Below are positions 24,901-38,400 of a stretch of 64,000 nt of DNA, piece after piece. Source of the DNA: Octopus vulgaris (taxonomy: Eukaryota); NCBI GenBank assembly GCA_951406725.2, contig OX597819.1:49476001-49540000 (forward strand), in the 5' to 3' direction. How positions within the stretch are numbered: the stretch's first letter is position 1; every line of letters begins with the position of its first letter. A model generated the notes under the pieces. It was not told where the DNA came from. It saw nothing but the letters and a program-made list of their open reading frames with translations, and did not search any database. The position numbers and the translations under genes are program-made.

Positions 24901-27000
24901 TGAAGAAGAAACAACTCCCATTTTTCCCTGATGGAATAAATGCTACAATTTAAATTTAGTTAACAATTCTATAATTTTCCCTTTCCAAGATTCATGCAAA
25001 TGTTAACTTGCATTATACTGTTGAAATAACTTTGCAGAGCTATTAATACTAACACTCCAAAGTATCCATCTCAGCATTATTATTACGTGTCATCTGTTTT
25101 CAATGTTTCCCATGACAATATGTGAAATTAAAATCAGCTGAGAGAAATAACTCAGTGTAACCTGCCACATATACTTGAAAAAAAGAAAAATGAATGCAGG
25201 TATAATAAATACCATATAAGATAAAAATTTTGATTTATTGTTCTCAATTAACACCAAGTGGTAACTGAGAACATTAAATCAAAAATCCAGACAAGGAGAG
25301 ATAATCTCACAAATCAAAAATTGGCATGCCATCCCCAGACAGCCAGACTGTCTGATTGTCTGGAGATAAGAGGTTGGCATTAGCAACAGACACATGTTTC
25401 TGCCTTAGAAAGCATCATCAGCACAGCAGCTGCACTATTTTGTCTTCAGCAAAATATATATTACACAAATATTTAATAATAAAAAAAATAATTTAGACCG
25501 ACGCATCTTTTTGTTTTCAAGGTGGTGCTCCAGCATGACCAAAGTCCAATGACAGAAACTAGTAAAAGGAAAAGAATAAAAAGGATATATGTAGCATATT
25601 ATATACACTAAGGTATGCAATATCTGATAGTGTGTGTTTTGTTGCACACTCAGAACTTATTCATGTAATTGGCCCAAAGCAAATTTATCTAACATACTGC
25701 TGCTAAGGAGCCTGCCATCAATGTCATTATGCCATAGATTTAATAAGGACTGTTTGTGATAAGCCATGAAAGAACCACCCAATAGGATGAAGAAGAAGAA
25801 AAAGCATCTGAATGGTCTTATCTGGAGATAAAATGTTTACAAAGTGAGAAACAGAAAGACAGGTTACATGAAAATAAAGATTAAACATATATATATTGAC
25901 ACTTGAGTGAACTAAATACTGATTTTGCTTAACCCCAAGCTATCCCTTGGCAAGCAAACCTATGATTAAGGATTCAAACCATTTTCATTCCATCACAACA
26001 CACCAAGGTTCACATAATTCAAAATGTTATTTTCGAAGATGCGTGATGTGTGATTTGAGGGTTATTTGGCTGCTATATCAGATTGGATAACCTTCATTGG
26101 TTGGAGAGTTAAACAATAAGGATATAAGGTAGACTGGTGTGTCTAGATAATGACAAGATAAAAAATATCAAATGCTAATCTCATATTAGTTGACATAAAT
26201 AACTCACATGAATTCACAAAAGGTGAAAATGTAGTCATGAGAATCAGAGAAGACTTCTTGTGAAATAGTGATTCTAATCAGAGACGAAGCATTCTTTTAT
26301 GGCAGTATTTTATTGTTAATGTTGTTGTTTAACTCAGAGTTAACCTTGATCAAGGGGACCTATGATTAAAACAGATTTCAAAAGTGCTCACCCTGTTCCT
26401 CTGTATATGCAGAACTCATTGCCTTTCTTTTTATAAGATGGTGGTGCGTGATTTGATGGAGATTTAACTGCTACCTCCAGCAAGTTGAACAACTACACAG
26501 AACTCTGTTGTTGACTAGTGTCAATGTGATATTATGGTGAAATGATTCAGCAGAAGCTGGATTGGACAAAAGTTTAAAAGACTGTTTACTGCTTCATTGA
26601 TATTTTCTAAATGGTTGGCTTAGTAGTAGCTTCGCTTCAGTCTAATGGGAAAATATTAACAAGAACTAATTATCTTATGATTGTTAATTAAATTTTCAGC
26701 TATTCATCCATTAAATGGACTTCTGTAACCACTGGAACTTCATATCAATGAATCTAACATTGCTTATTAAATGTTTTGGCTTTCAAGAATGGAGCTTTAT
26801 TGTTACTTTGTAAAGTTAATTATAAGAGTTAATTCTAGTCATAGTGATAGTTTCTAGTGTGAGAACTTGATTTAACAACACTGGAGCTTCTACATAGTCT
26901 TTCCATCTGCCGCTAGAAATGCCAGCTAGATTTCCTTCAAATAACATTGTTATCTTAAGAAGAAAGACACATTTAATTATGGATGAAATATGTACAGTGT

Positions 27001-28450
27001 ATGAGGGCTGGTTGTAAAGTTCATAGGCTGACTAAGATACTCTCAAGGAATGTGACTAAATGAGGTTTATTTTTCAACAGTCCCTTTTGCACACCACATA
27101 CTTCTTCTATCTGTGCTGCAGTGCTTGGATCCTATTAGTGAAGAAGATTTCATCCTGTTGGTCAAAAAAGTTACCAACAACAAGTATGACATCATCATCA
27201 CTGCAATACTAGTTCTCAACCAAGTGTTTTTTCATGTTGGGTAACAGATGATAGTTAGATGGGGCAAAATCAGGAGTATAGGGAGGATGATTGACCAGTT
27301 CTTTTCTACTCTAGACACAAGACCCGAAATTTTTTGAGAGGGGGTCAGTTGATTAGACTGACCCCAGTATGCAACTGGTACTTAATTTATCAACCCCGAA
27401 AAGATGAAAGGCAAAGTCGACCTCGGTGGAATTTGAACTCAGAATGTAAAGACAGATGAAATACCACTAAGCATTTTGCCCAGCATGCTAACGTTTCTGC
27501 CAGCTCACTGCCTTTGGTGATCAACCAGTTCAAAGCCACAATCATGCACAGCAGCCATTGAAACAAAGATCTTGTGTGCTGGAGCATTGTCCTGATAAAA
27601 CAAACCCCCTTTCAGCAATTTTCCTGAGCGCTTGGTCTTGATAGCCTTTTATAACTGTCTCAGCAAGTTGGAATAGTACTTTCCATTGATGGTGTGGCTC
27701 TTTTGAAAATAATCAATAAACACAATGCCTTTTGCATCCCAAAAAACTAAAGCCATCACTTTCCCTGCAGATGAAACAACCTTGGGCATCTTTGGAGTAA
27801 GTAAGGAGGGGTGTTTCCACTGCATGGATTGTCTCTTTGTCTCTGGCTAAAAGTGAGGAAGCCAATACGCATTCTGGTTAAGGAAACTTTCAAAGAAACT
27901 ATCTGGACCTTCCTCAAAGAATATCAGATTTTCTTATGGTGTGCTTTTGATCAGGTGTCAGAAGATGTGGTGCCTACCAAGCAGAAATCTTCATCATATC
28001 AAGTTCATTGAGCAGAATATTCTTAACTCTCTCGTGAGATATGCCAGTTGTATTGGTTATTTGATTTATAGTCAATCATCTGTCATCCCTAACCATGTGA
28101 TGAACATAACCAATGTTTTCCTCATGGTAGCAGTTTCAGACTGTCCAGATCTTTGGTTATCTTCAAGACTCTCCCTACCCCTCCTAAATTTAGTTACCTA
28201 TTTTTGTACAGTTGGTACAGTTGGAGCATTGTCCCCTAATGTAGCAAGCATGTCAGCATGAATGCTCTTGGAGGCTAAACTGTAGGTACTTGATAACACA
28301 ACAATGCCAAATTTTGTCCATTTTCAAGAGAAGTCGCTACTAGTTACTTTTGAAGTCTTCTTTGAACAGTCAGATGTCAGTTTACCAGGAAAGAAACAAT
28401 GCAGTTATTAATAAGAAGAGTTGAAATTAATGCATGCAAAATTTCACAGC
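27001..28450 (-). mobile_element. Degraded irritans-like mariner, interrupted by SINE B
   Basis: TIR-like TATGAGGGCTGGTTGTAAAGTTCATAGG at ~27000; minus translation IHADMLATLGDNAP...KFRRGRESLEDNQRSGQ (HTH/GRPR region) and YTPDFAPS-like motif. Confidence 0.75.
27302..27514 (-). mobile_element. SINE B tail type 2, nested in mariner
   Basis: Family match; imperfect TSD G(A/G)TGAT(TG/CA)ACCAGTTC. Confidence 0.85.
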
Positions 28451-29899
28451 TCTAGCATGACAGAACACCTTTCATCCTAAGTTCGCTGGATGGTGGCTTG
28501 TCTAAGTTGCCTATCTATGGACTCAATCTGCCACGCTGTCCTTTTTCATTACTTTCAGCAAGATAGATCTCTTAGCAACCCACACAGACAAGTCTAATGA
28601 AACCCAAGGTTTTGTTGTGTTTTTTACTCTCTTTGTTCTAGACATAACCTACTTTCTGATATTTCTAAAAGAAAACTTCTTACAACAGATACCACTCTTT
28701 ATTCCTTCACAACTTTCTATATACAGGTTCACATGTATGTAACTTAGACACTGCAGTAGACCTGGACTGCATCTATGAACAGAAATTGTTTAACAAATCT
28801 ACTGATAGCAACATAGCAACCTGGTTTCTTTCAGAATGTTCAAATTGTTACATATCTCTAGAAATGTTTTCTACTACACCCTTCTGAAGTATGAACAGAG
28901 CACAACTAAAATCTATAAAAATATTTGTGAGAACTCACAATCTCTGGTCTCCTGTGATGACATTATGCATATAACATTGTCAACTTCCTCAGGACTAGAA
29001 AATACTTCTGTTGCTACGCTTTTACAAACCTTAAATAAGATCTACATCGGAATATTGCTCAAATATCTTGAATAATACAGCTGTCATACACACATCCAAG
29101 TTCATATCAAATCAGCACTCTTGCTTTATTTCTCTATCTCTTCTACTATATTATAACAATCTCTCTTTCTATGAGCTAGCAAGCTGATTACTACTTGCAT
29201 TCATAAAAAAATAAATCTTTTTTCTTTTTTTGCTATATTTTACTAAACACTTAGTTCAATCATTTCTCATCAATTCTCCAAGACAGATGAGAATGATGTT
29301 CTCAATGTTCATCTTGGACAAATTGAAGTGTTTAGTTCTGGGTTTAAAAGATGAGAAAATGACAAATAATGATGACAATAAAAATGATAAAAAAGTGGGT
29401 ATGGATAATTAGAGTATGTAGAGTGATATTTCAGGGGAGCAGAGGTCATTGGAGTAGATGAAGAAATAATAAATCTGTGAACTAGTGGTTAAAGCATAGT
29501 GATGATTGAATCTTTGATTATCACTTGAGTAGGAATCTTTTGAATGTAGTCAGCACTGTCTTACAGTATGGGCACAATGGGCATTTACCCAGGGGCCTCA
29601 CAAGTCTAGGAGCCCAATTCTGATTCTTGTAGCCTGTGGCTTGTTAACAATAAATAAATACTGTCAAAAGCTCAGTAGGGACCATAATGCTGTAAGGAAT
29701 GCCTTGAATATGGTCTAGGCCAGAGTTGGCAAAAAAGCTCAGCATATCAAAAAAAGCTCTGCATGTCAAAATTTCAATTTCTTTAAAAATCCTGTTATTG
29801 GAATGTTAGTCAAATGTGTGCATGTACTTTAGCTTTGTGTAAATACTTAAAGACAAAATTTTTATAAGGTTATGTTACAGGAAGATTTTAAAATCTCTC

Positions 29900-30172
29900 T
29901 CTATATATATGTATATGTGTGTGTATATATATATATACATATATGTATGTACGTGTGTGTGTATATGTTTGTGTGTCTGTGTTTTTGTCCCCCCGGCATC
30001 ATTTGACAACTGATGCTGGAGTGTTTATGTCCCTGTAACTTAGCGGTTCGGCAAAAGAGACCGATAGAATAAGTACTAGGCTTACAAAGAATAAGTCCTG
30101 GAATCGATTTGCTCGACTAAAGGCAGTGCTCCAGCATGGCCACAGTCAAAATGACTGAAACAAGTAAAAGAG
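29900..30172 (+). mobile_element. SINE A 3' half
   Basis: Microsatellite plus 3' domain and tail. Confidence 0.85.
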
Positions 30173-32210
30173 TGTACCAAACATAATCAGAGTCTTTACT
30201 GATCTCAAGTACAAGAACATTGCTTCCTTCAAAGTTATCACAGGAAAACACGGCAATTGGTGGGTGAGCTACTACAACTGTTTTATTCATCTTTGTACTC
30301 AATTACCTGACTGGCTTAGATAGCACTGGTGAAAGGTTGCATGTAATGCTTCAATAATCTATAGTATTGCTTTGGTTATAGGATTACTTTTAATCCCATT
30401 TAAATCATAATGCAAACAAGTTTATCAAAAAGATAAACCTTTCTGAGAATATTTTTCTGATACAATGATAACACTCACTCATTCTTTTCCTCTGCATCTC
30501 TTTCTTCTGTCTGTCCCCATCTTTTCTTGCTTTATCAATAATCATAAAATTGTTGCTTTAAAATTTGATATCTATCCTGTAGCCCCACCACTAAATATAA
30601 ATTTATGATATGAAATGGGATGTCTATCTTGCCAATGTCATTTTATCAGTGATTTAGTTTACTAAGACCTGTACCATCTCGTTTACTTTTATGTTTCAAA
30701 CTCTATTTTATGTATCATTTTTATCAGTTTTATCTATTTGATTGTGGATACACTCAGCTTCAAATATGTCTAGTTGACAACACATGAAACACTGTTTGTA
30801 CCTTAGAAACACATTTATCACTAGTCAACTTTCAGCATTAAATCATACACAACAATCAAATACATCAGTGCTTCTCAAAGTGGATGGTGGAAAATTTTAT
30901 ATGGGTATTAAGAACAAAGGCAGTAGGGGTGTGCAGTAGAGACATCAGTACAGTTTTTAATCTTTTTTTGCTACCTAAGTATCAACTTGAAAGAAAATTT
31001 TGATGTAATATTAGGTATAATAAATCGCTTGTTAACCTCAACCACAGTGACAATATCAATGACCACATGAACAATAATAATAGACTTCAGAATGTGAATA
31101 AGTAAATAAACAAAGCTGGATATATACAACCTATGCAAGTAAATTATGAACTATAAACTAAAGTATAATATGTGATCTATGACTGTTACTTCAGTTATGC
31201 TTCCTCCATTGTAAGCAATCTCTGCAATGCATTGTACTATTTTGGAGATTGGTGTTGTGAATATTTCAAGATGTATAACAATGCCAAAGCGACTTCTCAA
31301 ATGTATAGCCCATTTCTTTAATTTACCGAACTATTCCACTGACCACCTCATGGTTTGTGGTGTCCTACAATATAGCTCATCACTCACACACACACTAGGT
31401 AAAAAAAATGCTCTCTTCAATGAAGCAGACGTTTTTTTCTGCAGGAAATGAATTAACATTTCAACATCCTATGATTTTGCTTTACACTTACCCCTTCCCT
31501 AGCTCACCTGAAGTGCCTTCTTCCTTTCTGTTCTTTCAGTTAAGAATATTTTGTACCTATATTGTGTGTATATGTAAATGAATATGTATACAGACATGTT
31601 TGTATGAGTGTGTATACTTCTACACACATTTTTCTGTTTGTTTCTTAATATCCAAGTGTATGTGCCTGTAAATGAGAGTATGTATGTATGTATGTATGTA
31701 TGTATGTATGTATGTATCTATCTATCTATCTATCTATCTATGTATCTATCTATGTATGTGCAAATTTGTATGGTTTATGTATGTATTCTCATGCATATAG
31801 TTGCATATCTTGACATGCTCATATATATTTAAATATTCCAGTAATGGATTGAATCTGTAATTTTCAAATTAGCTTTCTCCTTTCTGATTTTGAGAAGCCC
31901 AATTTCTCAAGATTGGTATTTAGGCAGTGTGTTACATATCCCACGGCCCCAATGATTACAGGTATAAATCTGAGCTTGTAATCTGGATAGAGTAACTGTA
32001 GATTTCTCAATAGTTCAGTACAAGTGATCTCTTTTACATTAATCTTTAGCCTTATGTTAACATCTACTAATTTCCATAACTGTGCACAGTTTCTTTTCTC
32101 TGTCCCAAATCATTATATCAGATTTATTGTTCTTACATCTTATTGAGGTCTTCACTGTACATTCCACAAGTATTCCTTTTTATTATGCATGGCTATGGCT
32201 TCTACCATAC

Positions 32211-32330
32211 TGTATGTATGTATGTATGTATGTATGTATGTATGTATGTATGTATGTATGTATGTATGTATGTATGTATGTATGTATGTATGTATGCATG
32301 CATGCATGTATGTATGTATGTATGTATATA
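32211..32330. repeat. (TATG)n microsatellite
   Basis: Near-perfect tetranucleotide run; shorter TATG/TATC run at ~31678-31760. Confidence 0.95.
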
Positions 32331-33514
32331 TGTCTATGTAAGTATGACCTATATGAATGCATACATTTGAATATGTGTTCTTTTCTGATAGAGCAGTAAG
32401 GTGTGAGTTTTTACAATTGCCTTCATTATTACTGGCTAAAATTATTTTTTCTTATTTTTCATTCAAAACTAGAAATATTTGCCCCTTGCTTCTTTTACAT
32501 AACACTGGCATTCTCTTTACTAAAAATCTTCACCTTTCCACTGCATTTCTCTGCCTTGTTTGAGGCAAATGTCTCTTTCTACTATCTCTTCCCCGATTCT
32601 TAGCTTCCTCCCCTTTTGTTCCTACCACATCCTATACTTAACAGTCTCTCTCCTCTAAAGATAACTCCAGTTCTATTCTTTCTCACATACTTGCCAACAA
32701 CCCAAGGGCCACCACTACTTACTCTTTCTTCCTCACTCTCAAACAAATGAACAAGGCTTGAAATATAAGATGCGACATTCTTCGCAGCAATTTAATTCAT
32801 CAAACTCTTTTAGGGACTAATTGTAGACTAAGCAGACAATGACCAGTTTCCTCTGATTCAAGATTTTATCATTTTCAGAAAAACACACATTTTCAAATGT
32901 TTTAATCCTTGAAATCTTTTTTTGTTTTTTTTATAAGAAGGAACAATGTTCATGTAACACATTATATATTGGTTGAGACAGTTGTCTCAGCCAATATATA
33001 ATCTGCAGCCTGGAGAGAGATGATCACATGAAGAGTTTGGCCTGAGATATAGGAGGTGAGAGATGGTAAGAATGATAAGAAGATAGACAGGTGTATTAGA
33101 CAGGTGTACTAGAAGAGTATTAGAAAGTAAACAGAAGTCATTGTAATAACTGTAGAAAAGACAAAAAGAATAAGCAGTATAGGTGAGCTTGTTGAAGAGT
33201 GTTAGTGAGTGAATTGTTGACAATCAACTGGATGACTTAGGAATGTGGTTATGAATGTTTGTGTAGCAATATCACCATTGTAGATATGTGACTAGTACTC
33301 TATTTTGACCATACTTTGGCTTTGTAAAGAAAAAAAGAGCTGAAATATTATGCTATAATCTATAAATGGGAGGAATTAGCAAACTTTAATACAGAAGCAT
33401 AACCAAAGAATACTGCCAAATCCTGAATTATACATCGTTGATCTTATGAACACCCAATTTAAATGATAAAGAAAGGGATAAATCTATATTAACATATGAA
33501 CTATAACATTTATA

Positions 33515-33700
33515 GGTATCCTTTCTCTACATAATCACCAAAATTTCCAACATATTTCTGCCAGCATAATAAAAGATCAAAAAGAAAAGGCCTTTCCAAA
33601 GAAATCTGGTCCACAATTGTTCAAAAACTGCTTTACTCTTGCTTAACCTCACCTTGGTTTTCAAAAATATTCCTGATAATTGCTTCTTCATACAAGGAAA
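33515..33700 (-). pseudogene. Possible mariner C-terminal relic
   Basis: Minus strand LLLCWQKYVGNFGDYVEK resembles mariner WxKCV...GDYVEK. Confidence 0.45.
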
Positions 33701-34019
33701 CATCCAACAATCCATTTGAGGGAGAACTGAACAATGCAGTGAATGTAGAAACACAAGCAAAGACAATAGCTTCATTTATTAAAATAGAGAGAGCTGCAGA
33801 GTGGTAAGGTTTCAAAATATTGATCTTTTTACTCTTGATATTTTCTACAAGCTCATACTAATAACCTGTTTTTGATTCATAATTCAATGAGGATACACCC
33901 TCATGATTACGAAAACCTGCAAACATTGATATTTTGTGGTTAGCTTCCAGTTTGAGCTTCTTCATCAGCTTCTCTCAACTCAACTAACATTCCCTGAATG
34001 ATCTCCTAGTTTCTGAGAT

Positions 34020-34620
34020 GTAAAGAAACAATAAAAATGTAAAGAAACTAATAAGGAGAATACAGGAGGTGGTCGAAAAAGCCAGCTTTTATATATGGCT
34101 GAAGCAGAAAGACCAAAAATGGCTTGAAAGTCATAACATGCTGGCAGGAAAATAACATCACTAGGTGAAACAGGCTGACACTGATTGACAGGTGACAGTC
34201 TTGTTTAGAGAATTCGTGGGCTAAGACTACATGCCTTCATTGGTTAGTTAAAGTTGAGACAGTGTCACTTGACAACTTACTGGAGCTGCCTGCTGGAGCC
34301 TAGCAGCAGGTATTTAAAGGGAAATCTGACAAGACAGTCAGTTGCCCGCTGACACTCATTGACACTACATCGAAGAGGCCAGGGAACAGAAGAAAGAAGG
34401 AGAAAGAAGACACCTCCGAAGGTGGGGGGCGCCGCATCAAAACATTAGAGGAGTAGGGGCCGAAACCAGCTGTGGTTCCTCCTGATGATGTCTTGAGCTA
34501 ACTGGATCCTATAAAGGAGCTGTTGTGGTAGCAGACCATGAAACACGGTTGAAATTCCTGCCTTGCCTTAGGTTATAAATATTTTTTATTAAATAAAAAT
34601 ATTTAATATTTTAAAAAATG
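34020..34620 (+). mobile_element. Probable Penelope-like pLTR remnant with two degenerate hammerhead-like motifs
   Basis: CCAAT-like boxes, TATTTAAA at 34311, (TC)GAAGA-GGCC...GGCC-GAAAC and CTGATGA...GAAAC, downstream AATAAA. Confidence 0.5.
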
Positions 34621-35170
34621 TATCTATGTTGTCTTGACTGGTATGTAAATTGTTAGTATAGTAATTGAAACATCATTCCATCATTTCACCAGTAAAAAAG
34701 TCAGCACAAAGCTTGAACATAACTTTCAAGTTTGATAATATCAAGAACTTTACTACCACTTTAAGTCACTTTGAAAGTAATCTAACAGAAATTCTACTAC
34801 TATTCTTTTCTACTATAATGCTTTGCTAAAGAAGCATTTGCAATTTATAGAATTTCTTTGTGTCAATCAGGTGTTTCTTCATCTTTGAATTCCATAACCC
34901 TGTATTTCATGCACAGTTGCATATGCTAGGATCTCATCATGTAAGCTGCTGTTTTTCAATTATATTTCCTTGTTTTTTTTTATTTAAAACCCAAATACTT
35001 AATAATGGTTTGTTATTCAACAGCTTCTATTTAAATCTGTAAAAAAATTTCAATTCAAATTTAAACAAATTGTAATACATTAAAATACATTTTTTTAATA
35101 AAATTTTTCAGTTATAAAAATAATAATAATAGTCTCAATGTTCCAGTGGATTCTTATTGAGCCATCAAGG

Positions 35171-35228
<58 letters not shown>

Positions 35229-35939
35229 ATGTGTTTATATACACTATAGCTTTTTGCCTGCTATATTTTAAACACAAACCATTACATACATTAATCTTCA
35301 AACAAAACCCAAAATATTTTTTGCATTATAAAATGTAATTTTATACAAGAATACATTTATTGTACTTTTAAAATAGATCACAGAATATGAGGCTTTAAAG
35401 ATAAAAATTGCTTTTACCTGTTCTGTATAGTGTTTTTCACAAGTTCAGTGGTTCAGGAAAGTATAAAAAAAATTATCTAAATATTTCAAGCACAAGATTC
35501 CCCCACTCTTCTACAGTTACAACCCATGGAAATGGCTTCCTCTCATGAAAAATTTGTTTGTTGTTTTACAATTTATGTCTGTGTTTCATTTGTAAATAAA
35601 AATAATTTTTTTTTTTTTACCCCTTTTGTTACCAAATTTTAAAATTTATAAACTACCATTTAAACTGTAAAAGAAAAGGATAACTTTTTCAGTGTATATA
35701 TTTATTCTTTTTTTTTTACTATAATCAGTAATGTACTCACCCACAAAGCAACTTGTGTGTGTGTGTGGTTCAATTCTAATCAGTAGGCCTGTTCTTCTTT
35801 CTGTATTTCATATAGGAGTTTATAATATATATCTCATTAATAGTGAGAATTTGTCCATAATGCAATTCATATCATTATTTCACATCACTGACATTGAACC
35901 AAGGTGAAGCAGTTAGAATACATAATATTTATATTTACA

Positions 35940-36302
35940 GGCTTCATGTTCAGTCCCACTGTATGGTACCTTAGGCAAGTGTCTTCAACTATGGCCTGAG
36001 TTCAACCAAAGCATTGTGGGTGAATCTGGTAGATGGAAACTGAAATCAGCCTGTCTTATGCATACGTTCATACATACATACATGCATACATACATACATA
36101 CATTATACATACATACATGCATACATACATATATGTATGTCAGTGTGCACACACGACAGAGTGTAATCACCCTGAGAGAAATGTTGGACATAAGAAGCAT
36201 CGGATGTGGCCTGCAAGAGAGACGTTTGCATTGGTATGGTCATGTACATATATATATATGTACATACACACACACGTATATATATATATGTATTTGTGTG
36301 TA

Positions 36303-36353
<51 letters not shown>

Positions 36354-36730
36354 TCATATGTATACATACTCACTTTCTCTCACTTGCACACACACGCACA
36401 GACACACACACATGTACACATGCATACACACACATGCACACACATGCACATATACACACACATACACACACACGCATGCACTTGTGAGTGTGTATGTCAG
36501 TGCTTGGTCGCCTAGTCTTGACATCACATGATTGTTGCAAATGAATACCATTCATCCCTAATATTCTACAAAAGCATTTTCTGGTCATGAGAAAATATTA
36601 CCTCATTTGGAAATAGGTGAGGGTTGGCAAAAAGGAGGGTATCAGGTTATAGAAAATCTGTCTTTATAAACTCTGTCTGACTTATATAAACATGAAGAAG
36701 AACATGTTAAAACAATGATGATGATGATGA
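35940..36730 (+). mobile_element. SINE variant D (A head, family-C-like tail) with RTE fragment at ~36145-36245
   Basis: A head, GTCTTGACATCACATGATTG body, GGTTGGC...AGAAAATCTG and (GAT)n tail; insert translates LREMLDIRSIGCGLQERRLHWYGHV. Confidence 0.75.
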
Positions 36731-36833
36731 CATAGCATTGCTTATGCTGATAATATTAAGTGGTTGATCAATCACTTTGTGTAAACAAATTGCCACGTTA
36801 AAAATGATTTTAAAAAATTGATTTAAGTACTAC

Positions 36834-36973
36834 AGGTGCAGGAGTGGCTGTGTGGTAAGTAGCTTGCTTACCAACCACATGGTTCTGGGTTTAGTCCTAC
36901 TGTGTGATACCTCGAGCCGACCAAAGCCTTGTGAGTGGATTTGGTAGACAGAAACTGAAAGAACCATCATGTG

Positions 36974-37006
<33 letters not shown>

Positions 37007-37220
37007 ATGCTTGTGTGTCTGTGTTTGTCCCCCCAACATTGCTTGACAACTGATGGTGGTGTGTTTACGTCCCCGTAACTTAGCAGTTCGGCAAAAGAGA
37101 CTGATAGAAAAAATACTAGACTTACAAAGAATAAGTCTTGGGGTCGATTTGCTCGACTAAAGGCGGTGCTCCAGCATGGCCACAGTCAAATGACTGAAAC
37201 AAGTAAAAGAATAAAAGAAA
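36834..37220 (+). mobile_element. SINE A with small internal deletion
   Basis: Family match lacking part of the CORE-like segment. Confidence 0.9.
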
Positions 37221-37982
37221 AACAGAAAAAACTTAATTTTAAAAGGTGACAGAGACTTTATAGCTGTTAAACAGTGAATCTTGAGGAATGGGGCAATGCA
37301 ACCTGTGCACACCCTTTGAGACTAGTAAAATGGATGTGGTAGATGTTCTTCATGAACAGCTACAGGGAAGCGTATGTTAATTCCAGGGTTACATTCACAT
37401 GAATGAAAACTGGGAAAAAAGAGCTCAGCAGGGAGCCTGAAAGTGTGAGATGGACACAGTGTAGCTGATGAGAGTAGGAGAGACAAGGTGAATGAGCCTG
37501 AGTGTAGGTGACATTAGATCGACCGGCTTTCAGGAGTAGGACCTACTGTGTTGCAGAAGCAACAAAATGAGAAAACATGTCTATTGAGCAGAAGCTGGAG
37601 TGTGTCAGTGAGTGATATCATCCCAAAGTCCGGTGACCTTTTGGTGGGATATGGTATAGTATGTCTGTAAGTGCATTAGTAATCTCATAACAGAAGCAAG
37701 AGCTGTAGTCCGCTGTTGTTTTTCTTTCTCAATTCAGCCTAATATCAATTTATAAGTAGAAAAAAATCAAATTACTTCTCCAATGAATTTATTTCAATTT
37801 TCTGTTACTTAAGAAAAACAGAAAAATTCTTCTTTCAAACAAGAATGTCATAGATCATTCTTACAGGTTATGAACTTTTGAATCTAAAAAAGAAATGTCT
37901 AAATACCAGACATGTTCCTACACCTAAAACTAAATAGCATGATTTATTTATTGCAGATAGATAAATAGATAAATAAATAATA

Positions 37983-38120
37983 GGTAACTTCTTTCCAACC
38001 ACATGGATCTGGGTTCAGTCTCACTGCATGGCACCTTGGGCAAGTGTCTTCTACTATAGCCTTAAGCTGACCAAAGCCTTGTGAGTGGATTTGGTTGACA
38101 GAAACAGAAAGAAGCCCATC

Positions 38121-38169
<49 letters not shown>

Positions 38170-38400
38170 AGTATGTATGTATGTATGTATGTATGTGTGT
38201 GCCTTTGTGTCTGTGTTTGTCTCCCTACCATCGCTTGACAACTGATGTTGGTGTGTTTATGTCCCTGTAACTTAGCGGTTCAGCAAAAGAGACCGACAGA
38301 ATAAGTCCTGGGGTTGATTTGTTCAACTAAAGGCAGTGCTCCAGCATGGCCGCAGTCAAATGACTGAAACAAGTAGAAGAGTAAAAGAGTAAAGAGTAAA
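37983..38400 (+). mobile_element. SINE A
   Basis: Family match, 5' end slightly truncated. Confidence 0.85.

Noticed and set aside
29550-29900. hAT-like left ends here and at ~30866
   Set aside because: No matching right TIR or TSD found, so not called as elements
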